NCBI GenBank assembly: GCA_937974055.1
Contig: CALJIU010000115.1
Coordinates: forward strand, 2,967 to 66,966
DNA from: an uncultured Neomegalonema sp.
GTDB taxonomy: Bacteria > Pseudomonadota > Alphaproteobacteria > Rhodobacterales > Rhodobacteraceae
Length of the DNA stretch: 64,000 bases
Direction of reading: 5' to 3'
A program made the position numbers and the translations under genes. Below are positions 1-9,082 of this stretch, one piece after another. Every line of letters starts with the position of its first letter. Positions within the stretch are counted from its first letter, which is position 1. The notes beneath the pieces are model-generated. The model saw only the letters and a list, made by a program, of their open reading frames with translations, searched no databases and was not told the origin of the DNA.

Positions 1-420
1 GCAACCGACCTTTGCGAAGGCCGCATCGACGCGCTGGCCTTCGTGACCGGCCACCCGTCCGCCACGTTGACCCGTCTGGCCGATACCTGCAAGGTCACCC
101 TTCTCCCGCTCGATTCCGACGTGATTGCCGCCATGACCGCATCGCAGAGCGGGTATATCGCGGCGCAGATTCCCGGTGGGCTGTACCCGTCCAACCCGGC
201 GGCGACGGCAACAATCGGGACCAAAGCGACGCTCGTGACCCTTGAAAGCACCGATGACGGAATCGTCGAGGCGGTGATGAATGGCGTCTTCTCAAGCGTC
301 GAAAATTTCCGCCAGCAACAAATCGTCCTTGGCGACGACTCGCCATCCCGCGATGACCTGACCGCGCCTTTGCACCCGGCGGCGCAACGCTTCTTCGACG
401 CGAATGCCCGCGTTCAATGA
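1..420 (+). CDS. TAXI-family TRAP transporter solute-binding protein, C-terminal fragment (5' end lies outside the window)
   Basis: Frame 1 is open from nt 1 (ATDLCEGRIDALAFVTGHPSA...) to the stop at 418-420. The C-terminal ...LHPAAQRFFDANA resembles TAXI-type receptors. Codons are strongly G/C-ending. Confidence 0.65.
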   Translation, partial: ATDLCEGRIDALAFVTGHPSATLTRLADTCKVTLLPLDSDVIAAMTASQSGYIAAQIPGGLYPSNPAATATIGTKATLVTLESTDDGIVEAVMNGVFSSVENFRQQQIVLGDDSPSRDDLTAPLHPAAQRFFDANARVQ

Positions 421-426
421 TGCGGT

Positions 427-846
427 TCAGTCGAGCGTCGGCTTTTTTCGGTTCGATTTGATCACCCCGCGCTTCGTCTTGCCCTCCAGCCGTCGTTTCT
501 TCGACCCCAGCGTGGGCCGCGTGGCGATTCGGCGTTTCGGCACGTGTTCGGCCTCGCGGATCATCTCGATCAACCGCCCCAGCGCATCCTCGCGGTTCCG
601 CGACTGCGTGCGGTAGCGATCAGCATAGATCAGCACCTCGCCCGCGACCGTCATGCGACTGCCCGCGATCCCCCGCAACCGCCGCTTTACCCGCTCCGGC
701 AGGTTTGGCGACGCCATGGCATCGAAACGCAATTGAACCGCGCTCGACACCTTGTTGACGTTCTGCCCGCCGGGGCCAGAGGCGCGCACGAACCGCTCCT
801 CGATCTCATCATCGTCGAGGCTGATATTGGGCGAAATCCGGATCAT
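427..846 (-). CDS. arfB: Alternative ribosome-rescue factor ArfB (peptidyl-tRNA hydrolase, YaeJ family)
   Basis: GGQ motif (SGPGGQNVNKV) plus a basic C-terminal tail (KKRRLEGKTKRGVIKSNRKKP). Start taken at ATG 846 (MIRISPN); the ORF extends to 885. Confidence 0.85.
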   Translation of the reverse strand: MIRISPNISLDDDEIEERFVRASGPGGQNVNKVSSAVQLRFDAMASPNLPERVKRRLRGIAGSRMTVAGEVLIYADRYRTQSRNREDALGRLIEMIREAEHVPKRRIATRPTLGSKKRRLEGKTKRGVIKSNRKKPTLD

Positions 847-1103
847 CCAAAGATGCGAGGCCGCAGGTTTTCCATCGCCTTGCACATCCGCTCGGTCGAC
901 CGCTCGATCCGCGCATCCAAGAACTGCACCGTCGCATCCCCTGACAGGATCGCCGTCTCGATGGAGGCTGATTGCAGGAACGCCGCGACCAGCGACGGGT
1001 TCGCCGCCGCATGGCCCGCGCCAAATGCCCCGTCGATGGCCTCGACGGCGGCGGTCAGGTGTTGCGCCGTGCGGGCGGCGGCGGCGTCGGTGCGGTCGGT
1101 CAT
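843..1103 (-). CDS. Hypothetical 86-aa protein, translationally coupled to arfB
   Basis: Its stop overlaps the arfB ATG in an ATGA arrangement. High GC3 is consistent with real coding. No recognisable motif. Confidence 0.5.
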   Translation of the reverse strand: MTDRTDAAAARTAQHLTAAVEAIDGAFGAGHAAANPSLVAAFLQSASIETAILSGDATVQFLDARIERSTERMCKAMENLRPRIFG

Positions 1104-1159
1104 CGTCGTCTCTCCCTTGCAGAGAACTCTAACTTATGGCGCGACGGCACCGCGACCAG

Positions 1160-1768
1160 TCAGGCGCTCGGTTCGGTTGCCTTCGCAGATGCCCGCTCAA
1201 GAAACCCGTCATACCACGCCGTCAGCGCCGTGCGCCCGCTGCGCCAATCCTTGTCGGCAAAGCGCAGGTCCAGATATCCCAGCGCACAACCGACCGCCGC
1301 ATGACCGACCGAGAAATCGCCACTGGGCAACATATCGCCGTCCAGCGCATCGAGCGCACCATCGACCTTGCTCATCTGCGCGGCCATCCAATCCGCCGAT
1401 TGCTGCGCCTCGTCGCGTAGGGCCAATTCGTACCGCACCGAGATCGCCGATTCGCAGATGCCATCCCCCAGCGCCTCCAGCGTCAGCGCCTGCCAACGAT
1501 CCGGCCCGGCGGCGGGCAATACCGTCTGATCAGCGATGAGGCTGGTCAGATATTGCACGATCACCGCGCTATCATAGATCGGCGGGCCGTCATCGCGCGT
1601 CAGGCTTGGCAGCTTGGCGAGCGGATTCCCCGCCTTCGTCGCCTCCGCCGGGGCCATCGGTGTGCCGGTGCCGGTGACCGTCTCGATCCGGTCGGCAATT
1701 CCCAATTCATGGGCGACGACCAATACCTTGCGTGCGAATGGCGACGCGGAACTCCAAACCAGCTTCAT
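1160..1768 (-). CDS. Glutathione S-transferase family protein
   Basis: MKLVWSSASPFARKV...KLPSL...DSAVIVQYL N-domain followed by a helical C-domain. Start at ATG 1768. Confidence 0.8.
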   Translation of the reverse strand: MKLVWSSASPFARKVLVVAHELGIADRIETVTGTGTPMAPAEATKAGNPLAKLPSLTRDDGPPIYDSAVIVQYLTSLIADQTVLPAAGPDRWQALTLEALGDGICESAISVRYELALRDEAQQSADWMAAQMSKVDGALDALDGDMLPSGDFSVGHAAVGCALGYLDLRFADKDWRSGRTALTAWYDGFLERASAKATEPSA

Positions 1769-1998
1769 AGCGAATACCCCCTGATGACGTTTCTTTCTGC
1801 ATAGAATAGCTCCGCTCAGAACGCCAGTACCCCGCGAATGGCCCAACCCGCCTGCACGGATCGAAAATCTGCGCCCGCTCTTTCGATCCTTTCAAAACCA
1901 CCGCCCCCGGTGCCGCCTGCCTTGCCTGCAAGAGTGGTGGACAAAGGCGGAACCGCGTGGCACGCTTCGCTTGGATGGAAGAGAAAAACGAGGATATC

Positions 1999-2433
1999 AT
2001 GACCCGTCTATCCGCCCTGTGCCTGACGCTCACGCTCGGAATCGGCCCCGCCGCCGCGACTTCCGAGACGGTCGAGCGCATTCTTGGCGAGGCGGAAATC
2101 AAGGAGTTTACCGCCGGAAAGACCTTCCATTACACCCTACTCGGCCAATCGCGCGGCGAGGAACAGCACTTCACCGATGGCCGCGTGACGTGGCGACTGC
2201 CCGAAGGCACCTGTATGCACGGCGTCTGGATCGCCCGCGAGGAAACCCTGTGCTACTATTACGGCGCAACCCGCTACGGATGCTGGAACGTCATCGAGGG
2301 GGCGGATGGCTACCGCCACTCCCCGCTCGAACTCGACGGCAAACCGGGCGGTGGCCCCTCGGTCCACATCAACCGAATATCAGAGGAACCCGTTGCATGC
2401 GCACCACAGCAGCTTGCTTCCTTCTTGCCCTGA
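1999..2433 (+). CDS. Secreted hypothetical protein with conserved cysteines (paralog 1)
   Basis: Signal peptide MTRLSALCLTLTLGIGPAAA. Shares the pattern G.T.H..L.G...E....RV.WR...G.C..G.W....C..Y....CW.V with the next gene. Confidence 0.55.
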   Translation: MTRLSALCLTLTLGIGPAAATSETVERILGEAEIKEFTAGKTFHYTLLGQSRGEEQHFTDGRVTWRLPEGTCMHGVWIAREETLCYYYGATRYGCWNVIEGADGYRHSPLELDGKPGGGPSVHINRISEEPVACAPQQLASFLP

Positions 2434-2780
2434 TCGGCACCCCCGCCCTCGCCGAAGACACCCGCCTCGACCTCGATGCTTTCTTCGATCTGATGGACGG
2501 ACGCACGGGCCATTTCAGCCTCGACGGCGAGTATTACGGCAGCGAAGCCTACCACCCCGACCACCGCGTCATCTGGCGCGATACTGACGGCCAATGTCAG
2601 GAGGGGACGTGGCGCAACATAGCCGATTTCATGTGCTTCCAGTACGACAACGTCTCCTGCTGGCAGGTCTTCGCCACCCCTGAGGGCGAGCACTACGCCG
2701 TCGAGGACAGCGGCTTGCGCGTCGAGTTCGACCGCATTACCGACGGGGCGTTCGATTGCAACGGCGCACCACTCAGCTAG
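2397..2780 (+). CDS. Secreted hypothetical protein with conserved cysteines (paralog 2)
   Basis: ATG at 2397. Signal peptide MRTTAACFLLALIGTPALA. Same Cys/Trp pattern as the upstream gene, which it overlaps by 37 nt. Confidence 0.55.
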   Translation: MRTTAACFLLALIGTPALAEDTRLDLDAFFDLMDGRTGHFSLDGEYYGSEAYHPDHRVIWRDTDGQCQEGTWRNIADFMCFQYDNVSCWQVFATPEGEHYAVEDSGLRVEFDRITDGAFDCNGAPLS

Positions 2781-2923
2781 GCCACGCCCAACCGCGCCGG
2801 TTTGCCGATGCCATGAAGCCGACAACATGGTGTTGCATCCAATCGGCTATCGCCCGATATCCGTGCCGTTTCGGACCGCAGCCGATATCAAAGCCTTGGC
2901 CTAGAACACTGTACCGTCTATTT

Positions 2924-2938
2924 TGGCACAGAACTTGA
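2924..2938 (+). promoter_or_regulatory. Sigma54-like -24/-12 element (TGGCAC-N5-TTGA)
   Basis: TGGCACAGAACTTGA lies about 40 nt upstream of the ATG at 2976. The -24 half is perfect, but the -12 half has GA instead of the consensus GC. Confidence 0.25.
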
Positions 2939-2975
2939 TCTGTTACTTGGCGGAACCCGACGAAAGTACCCGACC

Positions 2976-4223
2976 ATGAAGTACACCCTTCGCCACCTCG
3001 CTCTCCCCTGCCTCGCCTCCGTCGCATTGCTTTCGGGCTGCGCGGGGTCCAGCTCGCAGCAAGAGGCGCAGGCGATCTACACGATCCCGACTCCACAGGC
3101 GACGCCCTATGCCCCGCCCGTGTCTGAAAACTACATCATTTCGCGCGCGCCCAGCCGTCCGGTCGAACCGACCTACGCGGCCACCGTGCCGGTCGAAGAA
3201 TCGCCAGCCTATAGGAGCACGGGCCTGTTCGAGGTCGATACGCCTCCAACGCCAACGCCAACAGCCGTACCAGTTGTCCGGCGCATCGACCCTAGCCCCG
3301 CCCGCTACGAAAACGGCTTCGCACCGATTGAGGCCGAGCCGCCCGCGACAGCAATCGCCGAAATCCCCGACGATCCTGGCTTTTCCGCCCGCGAACGTGC
3401 GGCGGAAACGGCAGCCGAACGCACAGTCCGTCGTGAAGCGGCACGCAGCGACCGCGCCAATCCCAAAATCGACCGCCGCAGCAGTATTCTTGGCCGCTTC
3501 GTCACCCGCGCAAAGGATGAGCCGCGCCCTCAGCCCGCAACCCGCGCCGTACGCCAGCCGGAACCCATCCCCACGCCCGCACCAACACGCGCTGTGCGTC
3601 AGCCTGAACCTGCACCTGCGGACACCCGTGCCGTCACCGCACAGCCGACGCCACGTCCACAAAGCTTCGCCGAACGCTCGGTCGCCCGCGCGCCGATCCC
3701 CGGCCTGAAGCCCTACATCCTCGCCCGCACGCCATCCCCCTCCTCCAAACCGCGCCGCGCCGCGCCACAGCCGACGACGCGCGAGTTCGAGGTCGCAAGC
3801 GCGGCCACCCTGCCCAACGCAATCCCGGCTGCGATCCCGCCCTCCAGCGTGACGATTCCGACCGAGCCCGGCGTCGATCTTTCCGCCCGCTTCTTCCCCA
3901 CGCCCGGCAAACCCTCGACCCTTGGCACCGACCGGGATCAGCCGCTCGACGTGGCCGCCATCGATGCCGCCCGCTATGGCATCGGCGGCGGCGTGCAGAC
4001 GGCGGTTGATGCCGACGAGGCCACCGCCGAATGGACCGATGCCGTCCGCCTGATCGAAGCGGGTGAAGTCGAGGCGCTCGCCATCCTCGAAGATGCGGAT
4101 CTCGTCCTGACCCTTTGTTCGGGCCGCGATATCCTGACCACCCCGCCAGACCTCGCGGCGGCGGCCACCCTCACCGCGCCCCAGATCATCTGCGGACAGA
4201 ACAAGCCCCTTGCCCTGCGATAG
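2976..4223 (+). CDS. Proline-rich lipoprotein with a globular C-terminal domain
   Basis: Lipobox LLSGC after the signal peptide. Long P/A/T/R-rich region with repeats TRAVRQPEP(I/A)P. Preferred over the 536-aa antisense ORF 2943-4553. Confidence 0.65.
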   Translation: MKYTLRHLALPCLASVALLSGCAGSSSQQEAQAIYTIPTPQATPYAPPVSENYIISRAPSRPVEPTYAATVPVEESPAYRSTGLFEVDTPPTPTPTAVPVVRRIDPSPARYENGFAPIEAEPPATAIAEIPDDPGFSARERAAETAAERTVRREAARSDRANPKIDRRSSILGRFVTRAKDEPRPQPATRAVRQPEPIPTPAPTRAVRQPEPAPADTRAVTAQPTPRPQSFAERSVARAPIPGLKPYILARTPSPSSKPRRAAPQPTTREFEVASAATLPNAIPAAIPPSSVTIPTEPGVDLSARFFPTPGKPSTLGTDRDQPLDVAAIDAARYGIGGGVQTAVDADEATAEWTDAVRLIEAGEVEALAILEDADLVLTLCSGRDILTTPPDLAAAATLTAPQIICGQNKPLALR

Positions 4224-4265
4224 AAAACCCTGACAGTCTCGCCGCAGCATGAAAAAGGAAGACTC

Positions 4266-4892
4266 ATGACCGACGAGACGCCGCAGGACGCCGACCTGAC
4301 CCGCCATGCCAGCAAGATGGCCAAGAAAAAGGCCGCCCGCGACAAGATCATGGCGACCAAGACCGACAAAAAGGGCCTGATCATCGTCCATACCGGCAAG
4401 GGCAAGGGCAAGTCCTCCTCCGCCTTCGGCATGATCTTCCGCTGCATCGCCCATGACATGCCCTGCGCCGTGGTGCAGTTCATCAAGGGCGGCATGTCCA
4501 CCGGCGAGCGCGACCTCATCACCGCGAATTTCGCCGATAAATGCGCCTTCCACACGATGGGCGAGGGCTTTACGTGGGAAACGCAGGACAAGGCCCGCGA
4601 TACCGAGATGGCGCAGGCCGCATGGGAAAAATCAAAAGAGCTGATCCGCGACGAGCGTAATGCGATGGTCCTGCTCGACGAAATCAACATCGCCCTGCGT
4701 TACGACTACATCGAAATCAACGATGTCGTCGCCTTCCTCGTGGATGAAAAACCCGAAATGACCCACGTCGTCCTTACGGGTCGCAATGCCAAGGAAGAGT
4801 TGATCGAAATCGCCGACCTCGTGACCGAGATGGAATTGGTCAAGCACCCCTTCCGCTCCGGCGTGAAGGCGCAAATTGGCGTCGAATTCTAA
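4266..4892 (+). CDS. cobO: Cob(I)yrinic acid a,c-diamide adenosyltransferase
   Basis: GLIIVHTGKGKGKSSSAFGM P-loop-like motif and a length of 208 aa, both typical of CobO/BtuR. Confidence 0.85.
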   Translation: MTDETPQDADLTRHASKMAKKKAARDKIMATKTDKKGLIIVHTGKGKGKSSSAFGMIFRCIAHDMPCAVVQFIKGGMSTGERDLITANFADKCAFHTMGEGFTWETQDKARDTEMAQAAWEKSKELIRDERNAMVLLDEINIALRYDYIEINDVVAFLVDEKPEMTHVVLTGRNAKEELIEIADLVTEMELVKHPFRSGVKAQIGVEF

Positions 4893-4906
4893 CGCAGGAG
4901 CACGGC

Positions 4907-6178
4907 ATGGCGACAACCGTGGACACCCTCGTCATCGGGGCCGGTCAGGCGGGCATCGCCATGAGCGAGCACCTCGGTGGCCACGGCATCGAGCATCTGG
5001 TCCTAGAACGCCACCGCATCGCCGAACGCTGGCGGTCCGAGCGGTGGGACAGCCTCGTGATGAACGGTCCCGCATGGCATGACCGTTTCCCGAACCGCGA
5101 ATTTACCTCCGACCCCGACGGTTTTCCCGGCAAGGAAGATGTCGCGGATTATTTTGCCGCCTATGCCGAGCAGATCGACGCCCCCATCCGCTGCGGCGTC
5201 GAGGTGATATCGGCCACGCGCAAGGCGGGTCGTTCGGGCTTCACGGTGGAAACCTCGGACGGCATGATCGATGCCGAAAACGTGGTCGCCGCCACCGGCC
5301 CCTTCCAAAAGCCGATCATCCCCCCTCTCGTCCCGGAAACCGCCGGGATCGTGCAAATGCACTCGACCGGCTACCGCAATCCGGGCCAGCTTTCCGAGGG
5401 CGCGATCCTGATCGTCGGGGCCGGATCGTCCGGGTCGCAAATCGCGGATGAATTGCTGCGCGCGGGCCGCGACGTCTATCTCTCCGTCGGACCGCATGAC
5501 CGACCCCCGCGCCGCTACCGGGGACGCGATTTTTGCTGGTGGCTGGGCGTCTTGGGCAAATGGGATCTGGCCGCCCCCACCCCCGGCACCGAACACGTCA
5601 CCATTGCCGTCAGCGGCGCACAGGGTGGCAAGACCGTCGACTTCCGCGACTTCGCCGCACGCGGTATGACCCTGTTGGGCCGCACCGATGGCTATGCCGA
5701 CGGCGCGCTCACCTTCGCCCCTGATCTTGCCACCAATGTCACGAATGGCGACACCAACTACCTATCCGTCTTGCAGGAAGCCGACGCCCATATCGCCCGT
5801 TTCGGCCTCGATCTGCCCGAAGAACCCGAAGCCAAGATCATCCGCCCCGACCCCGCCTGCATCACCGATCCGATCCGCTCGCTCGATATCGCACAGGCGG
5901 GCATCACCTCGATTATCTGGGCCACGGGATTCGCCCCCGATTACGGCTGGCTGCACGCCGATGTCTTTGACGAACGCGGCAGGCCGCTGCATTCGCGCGG
6001 TGTCACCACCGAACCCGGCCTCTATTTCCTCGGTCTACCGTGGCAATCACGGCGCGGCTCGGCCTTTATCTGGGGCGTTTGGCATGATGCGAAATACGTC
6101 GCCGACCAGATCGCCAAGGCCCGCAGCTACAGCCACCACCACGCGGTTCGCCCACCCCTGACGGAGGCCCGACCATGA
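4907..6178 (+). CDS. FAD/NAD(P)-binding oxidoreductase (flavin monooxygenase-like, CzcO/COG2072 type)
   Basis: N-terminal GAGQAG dinucleotide motif and a second GAGSSGSQIA motif. 423 aa. Confidence 0.75.
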   Translation: MATTVDTLVIGAGQAGIAMSEHLGGHGIEHLVLERHRIAERWRSERWDSLVMNGPAWHDRFPNREFTSDPDGFPGKEDVADYFAAYAEQIDAPIRCGVEVISATRKAGRSGFTVETSDGMIDAENVVAATGPFQKPIIPPLVPETAGIVQMHSTGYRNPGQLSEGAILIVGAGSSGSQIADELLRAGRDVYLSVGPHDRPPRRYRGRDFCWWLGVLGKWDLAAPTPGTEHVTIAVSGAQGGKTVDFRDFAARGMTLLGRTDGYADGALTFAPDLATNVTNGDTNYLSVLQEADAHIARFGLDLPEEPEAKIIRPDPACITDPIRSLDIAQAGITSIIWATGFAPDYGWLHADVFDERGRPLHSRGVTTEPGLYFLGLPWQSRRGSAFIWGVWHDAKYVADQIAKARSYSHHHAVRPPLTEARP

Positions 6179-6603
6179 CCCATACCCGCATCCGCAAATT
6201 CAACACCCGCGATACCTACCCGGAGCAATCCCTCGATAACGATCTCTGTCAGGCCGTCGTCACTCAGGGCGGGCGCACCGTTTGGCTACGCGGCCAATGC
6301 CCCCAGAATCTCGATGATGCCAAGAACATCGACAGCCACGACCCCGTCGAACAGACCCACAAAGTCATGCAGAATATCCGTCAACTGATCGAGGAAGCGG
6401 GCGGCTCGATGGAGCATCTGGTCAAGGTCGTCGTCTACATCACCGATGTCCGCCACCGCGAAGCCGTCTACCGCACGATGGGCGAGTATATCCGGGGCGT
6501 CCACCCTGTCTCAACCGGCCTTGTCGTGCAGGCGCTGGCCCGCCCCGAATGGGTGGTCGAGATCGACGGCACGGCGGTCATTCCCGATGGATACCAGCCA
6601 TGA
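6175..6603 (+). CDS. RidA/YjgF family protein
   Basis: 142 aa with the typical ...HLVKVVVYITD...RPEWVVEIDG C-terminal region. Its start overlaps the stop of the upstream gene. Confidence 0.8.
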   Translation: MTHTRIRKFNTRDTYPEQSLDNDLCQAVVTQGGRTVWLRGQCPQNLDDAKNIDSHDPVEQTHKVMQNIRQLIEEAGGSMEHLVKVVVYITDVRHREAVYRTMGEYIRGVHPVSTGLVVQALARPEWVVEIDGTAVIPDGYQP

Positions 6604-7274
6604 CCTTCTCCCTCGCCGCCCGGTGCGCGCAGACCGGACAATTCGGCGTGGCCGTCGCCTCGTCCTCCCCCGCCGTCGCCGCGCGCTGCGCCTATACCCG
6701 CGCCGGAGTGGGGGCCGTACTCAGCCAAAACGTCACCGACCCCACCCTCGGCCCCTTCACCCTCGACCGGATGCAAGCGGGCGACAGCGCCGCACAGGCC
6801 ATCGCCGCCGTACAGGCACAGGGCCGCTTCGTCGACTACCGGCAAGTCATCGCAATAGACGCAACCGGCGCAACCGCCATCCATTCCGGCCCCAATTCGC
6901 TGGGCATCTGGACGCAGGCGCAGGGGCGCGACGTCGCATCGGGCGGCAACATGCTCGCCAATGACGGCATCTGCGCCGCTATCGTCGTGGAGTTCGAGCA
7001 GACCACCGGCCCCTTAGGCGACCGCCTCATCGCCGCCATGCGCGCGGGGTTGGCGGCGGGCGGCGAGGCAGGGCCGGTCCATTCCGCCGGAATGCAGATC
7101 GCGGGGACCGTCCCGTGGCCCATCGCCGACCTGCGCTGTGACTGGACCGAGGACTGCCCTATCGAGGCAATCGCGACCGCGTGGAGCGTCTACAAACCCC
7201 AGATGGACGCCTACATCCAGCGCGCCCTAGACCCCCGCGAGGCACCGTCCTATGGCGTGCCGGGGGATGAGTGA
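6600..7274 (+). CDS. DUF1028 family (Ntn-hydrolase-like) protein
   Basis: MTFSLAARC N-terminus typical of DUF1028. ATGA overlap with the ridA stop at 6600-6603. Confidence 0.8.
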   Translation: MTFSLAARCAQTGQFGVAVASSSPAVAARCAYTRAGVGAVLSQNVTDPTLGPFTLDRMQAGDSAAQAIAAVQAQGRFVDYRQVIAIDATGATAIHSGPNSLGIWTQAQGRDVASGGNMLANDGICAAIVVEFEQTTGPLGDRLIAAMRAGLAAGGEAGPVHSAGMQIAGTVPWPIADLRCDWTEDCPIEAIATAWSVYKPQMDAYIQRALDPREAPSYGVPGDE

Positions 7275-8299
7275 CCGGAGAACCCATCCAACACATTCAC
7301 CGTGTTCACCCCAATTTCCGCCACCGCATAGCCGCCCTCCATCACGAACAGCGTCGGCAGGTCCATCCCCGCCAATCGCGCGCCGTAATCGGTGAAATCA
7401 TCGCTGGTGAGTTTGAAAAAGCTGATCGGATCGCGCTCGAAAGTATCGACACCCAGCGACACCACCACCGCCTCCGCCCCGAACGCCCGAATACGCGCCA
7501 TCGCCGCGTCCAACGCCTCGGCCCAGACCGTATAGCCCGTGCCCGGCGGCATCGGATAATTCACGTTGAACCCCGCACCATCGCCCGCTCCGGTTTCATC
7601 CGCCCCGCCCAGAAAATGCGGAAACGCCTCATCCGGGTCGCCATGCAGCGACAGCGTCAGCACATCCGCCCGTTCGTAGAAAATCGCCTGAGTCCCGTTC
7701 CCGTGGTGAAAATCCACGTCCAGCACGGCCACCCGCTCGGCCCCCGCATCGCGCATCGACTGCGCCGCAATGGCCGCGTTGTTCAAAAAGCAGTACCCGC
7801 CATACATATCCTGCGCCGCATGATGACCCGGCGGTCGGCACAGCGAAAACGCCGCCCGTTCGCCCCCCATCACCAGCGCAGCGCCGGTCAGTGCCACTTG
7901 CGCCGCCGCATAGGCCGCATCCCATGTGCCATCGCTGATCGAAGTTTCATTGGCGAGGCAGTAATAGCCCAGCTTGCCGTCGATATGCCGGGGAACCCGC
8001 ATACGGGTCATCCGCCGCGACGGCCAACATGTGGGGATTGCCTCCCCCGCATTGCCTGCCGCCCGCCATTCATCCCACGCGGTCTGCAAGAATGCGACGT
8101 AATCCGCATCATGCACCCGCAGCACCGGATCTAATCCATAAGCGTCCGGGCCAACCACCTCATGCCGCCCCCGCCGCGCGAGTTCGGCAAGGATATGCTC
8201 GACCCGCTCAGGGCACTCGAACGGCGCGACCAATTCCCCGCCGCTCAGTTCAGTCGTCGGCGCACGCAGGCGATGCAGGTCAGTATGGATGATCTTCAC
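7250..8299 (-). CDS. Histone deacetylase-family amidohydrolase (acetylpolyamine amidohydrolase-like)
   Basis: RPPGHHA, DVDFHHGNGTQ and EGGY motifs. 349 aa. Confidence 0.85.
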   Translation of the reverse strand: MKIIHTDLHRLRAPTTELSGGELVAPFECPERVEHILAELARRGRHEVVGPDAYGLDPVLRVHDADYVAFLQTAWDEWRAAGNAGEAIPTCWPSRRMTRMRVPRHIDGKLGYYCLANETSISDGTWDAAYAAAQVALTGAALVMGGERAAFSLCRPPGHHAAQDMYGGYCFLNNAAIAAQSMRDAGAERVAVLDVDFHHGNGTQAIFYERADVLTLSLHGDPDEAFPHFLGGADETGAGDGAGFNVNYPMPPGTGYTVWAEALDAAMARIRAFGAEAVVVSLGVDTFERDPISFFKLTSDDFTDYGARLAGMDLPTLFVMEGGYAVAEIGVNTVNVLDGFSGHSSPGTP

Positions 8300-8375
8300 A
8301 GCGTTTTTTCCGGTTCATAGGGAGGGGCGCAGCATACTGCACCCCCGCCCAATGAAAACGCCGAAATCGTCCGTT

Positions 8376-8909
8376 TTATTCCGGCGCGGTCCATTCCAGT
8401 GTCACGGCGCTCGCCGCTGTCCGGCCCTGCCGCTTCATCGGGATATCGCCGGGCTTGCCGGATACCAGCAGCACAGCCGTCTCGTTGCGATAGATCACGC
8501 GCCCGCCCGGCCCTTCTAGGCGCGCGGCGACGGCGGGCATATCCATCGACCCGATGGCTTTGACGGCGACCGGCACCTCATAGCGCAGCGGCAGACCGCC
8601 CTCGGCCTTGAATGCACCCTCGGCGGCACGCACGTTCACGTCACCCCCGGCGGCGTCATAAATACGCACGACCAGCCGCGACCCGGCGGGAACCTTGCCA
8701 CGCATACCATCGACGGGAAACGCGGTGCCGCGCACGGCAACCTGCTGCGGCGCAACCGGCGCGGGCTGTGCTACTTGCGGCGCAGAAAAGTTTTGCACGC
8801 CGGTCTGCTGTTGTGGCGGTTTGCTACCAGCACACCCGGCTAGCACTGCAGCAATTCCGGCGATCATGGTAAGGCGTAGGGCGCGTGGCGCCACGGATTC
8901 GATGTTCAT
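8376..8909 (-). CDS. Lipoprotein (possibly YbaY/YscW-like)
   Basis: Signal peptide with lipobox VLAGC. Start taken at ATG 8909 (MNIESV). The family assignment is tentative. Confidence 0.55.
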   Translation of the reverse strand: MNIESVAPRALRLTMIAGIAAVLAGCAGSKPPQQQTGVQNFSAPQVAQPAPVAPQQVAVRGTAFPVDGMRGKVPAGSRLVVRIYDAAGGDVNVRAAEGAFKAEGGLPLRYEVPVAVKAIGSMDMPAVAARLEGPGGRVIYRNETAVLLVSGKPGDIPMKRQGRTAASAVTLEWTAPE

Positions 8910-9043
8910 CGCGACTCTCCTGTGGGTATCGGTGCGACACCGATGCACGTTTTCGGTACACCGCACGATGCACCGGGCACCGTGAATATTTTCTTTCGGA
9001 GAAGGAAATTTCGGGATTGGCAGAATTGTTTAATCGAAGTAGT

Positions 9044-9058
9044 GTTCCGCAAAGGTTC
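9044..9058 (+). promoter_or_regulatory. Alphaproteobacterial LexA (SOS) box, GTTC-N7-GTTC
   Basis: GTTCCGCAAAGGTTC lies 25 nt upstream of the ssb start. It matches the direct-repeat SOS box described for Rhodobacter and Rhizobium. Confidence 0.55.
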
Positions 9059-9082
9059 ACTTAATTCCCGAAGGATCGATTC

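Noticed and set aside
544-1539. 331-aa plus-strand ORF across arfB, the small ORF and GST
   Set aside because: It is an antisense shadow ORF. The genes on the opposite strand carry clear motifs (GGQ, GST fold).
2943-4553. 536-aa minus-strand ORF covering the lipoprotein gene and the cobO start
   Set aside because: Its Gly/Arg/Ala-rich, low-complexity translation is typical of antisense frames in GC-rich DNA. The plus strand encodes a lipoprotein with a signal peptide and lipobox, plus a well-recognised cobO.
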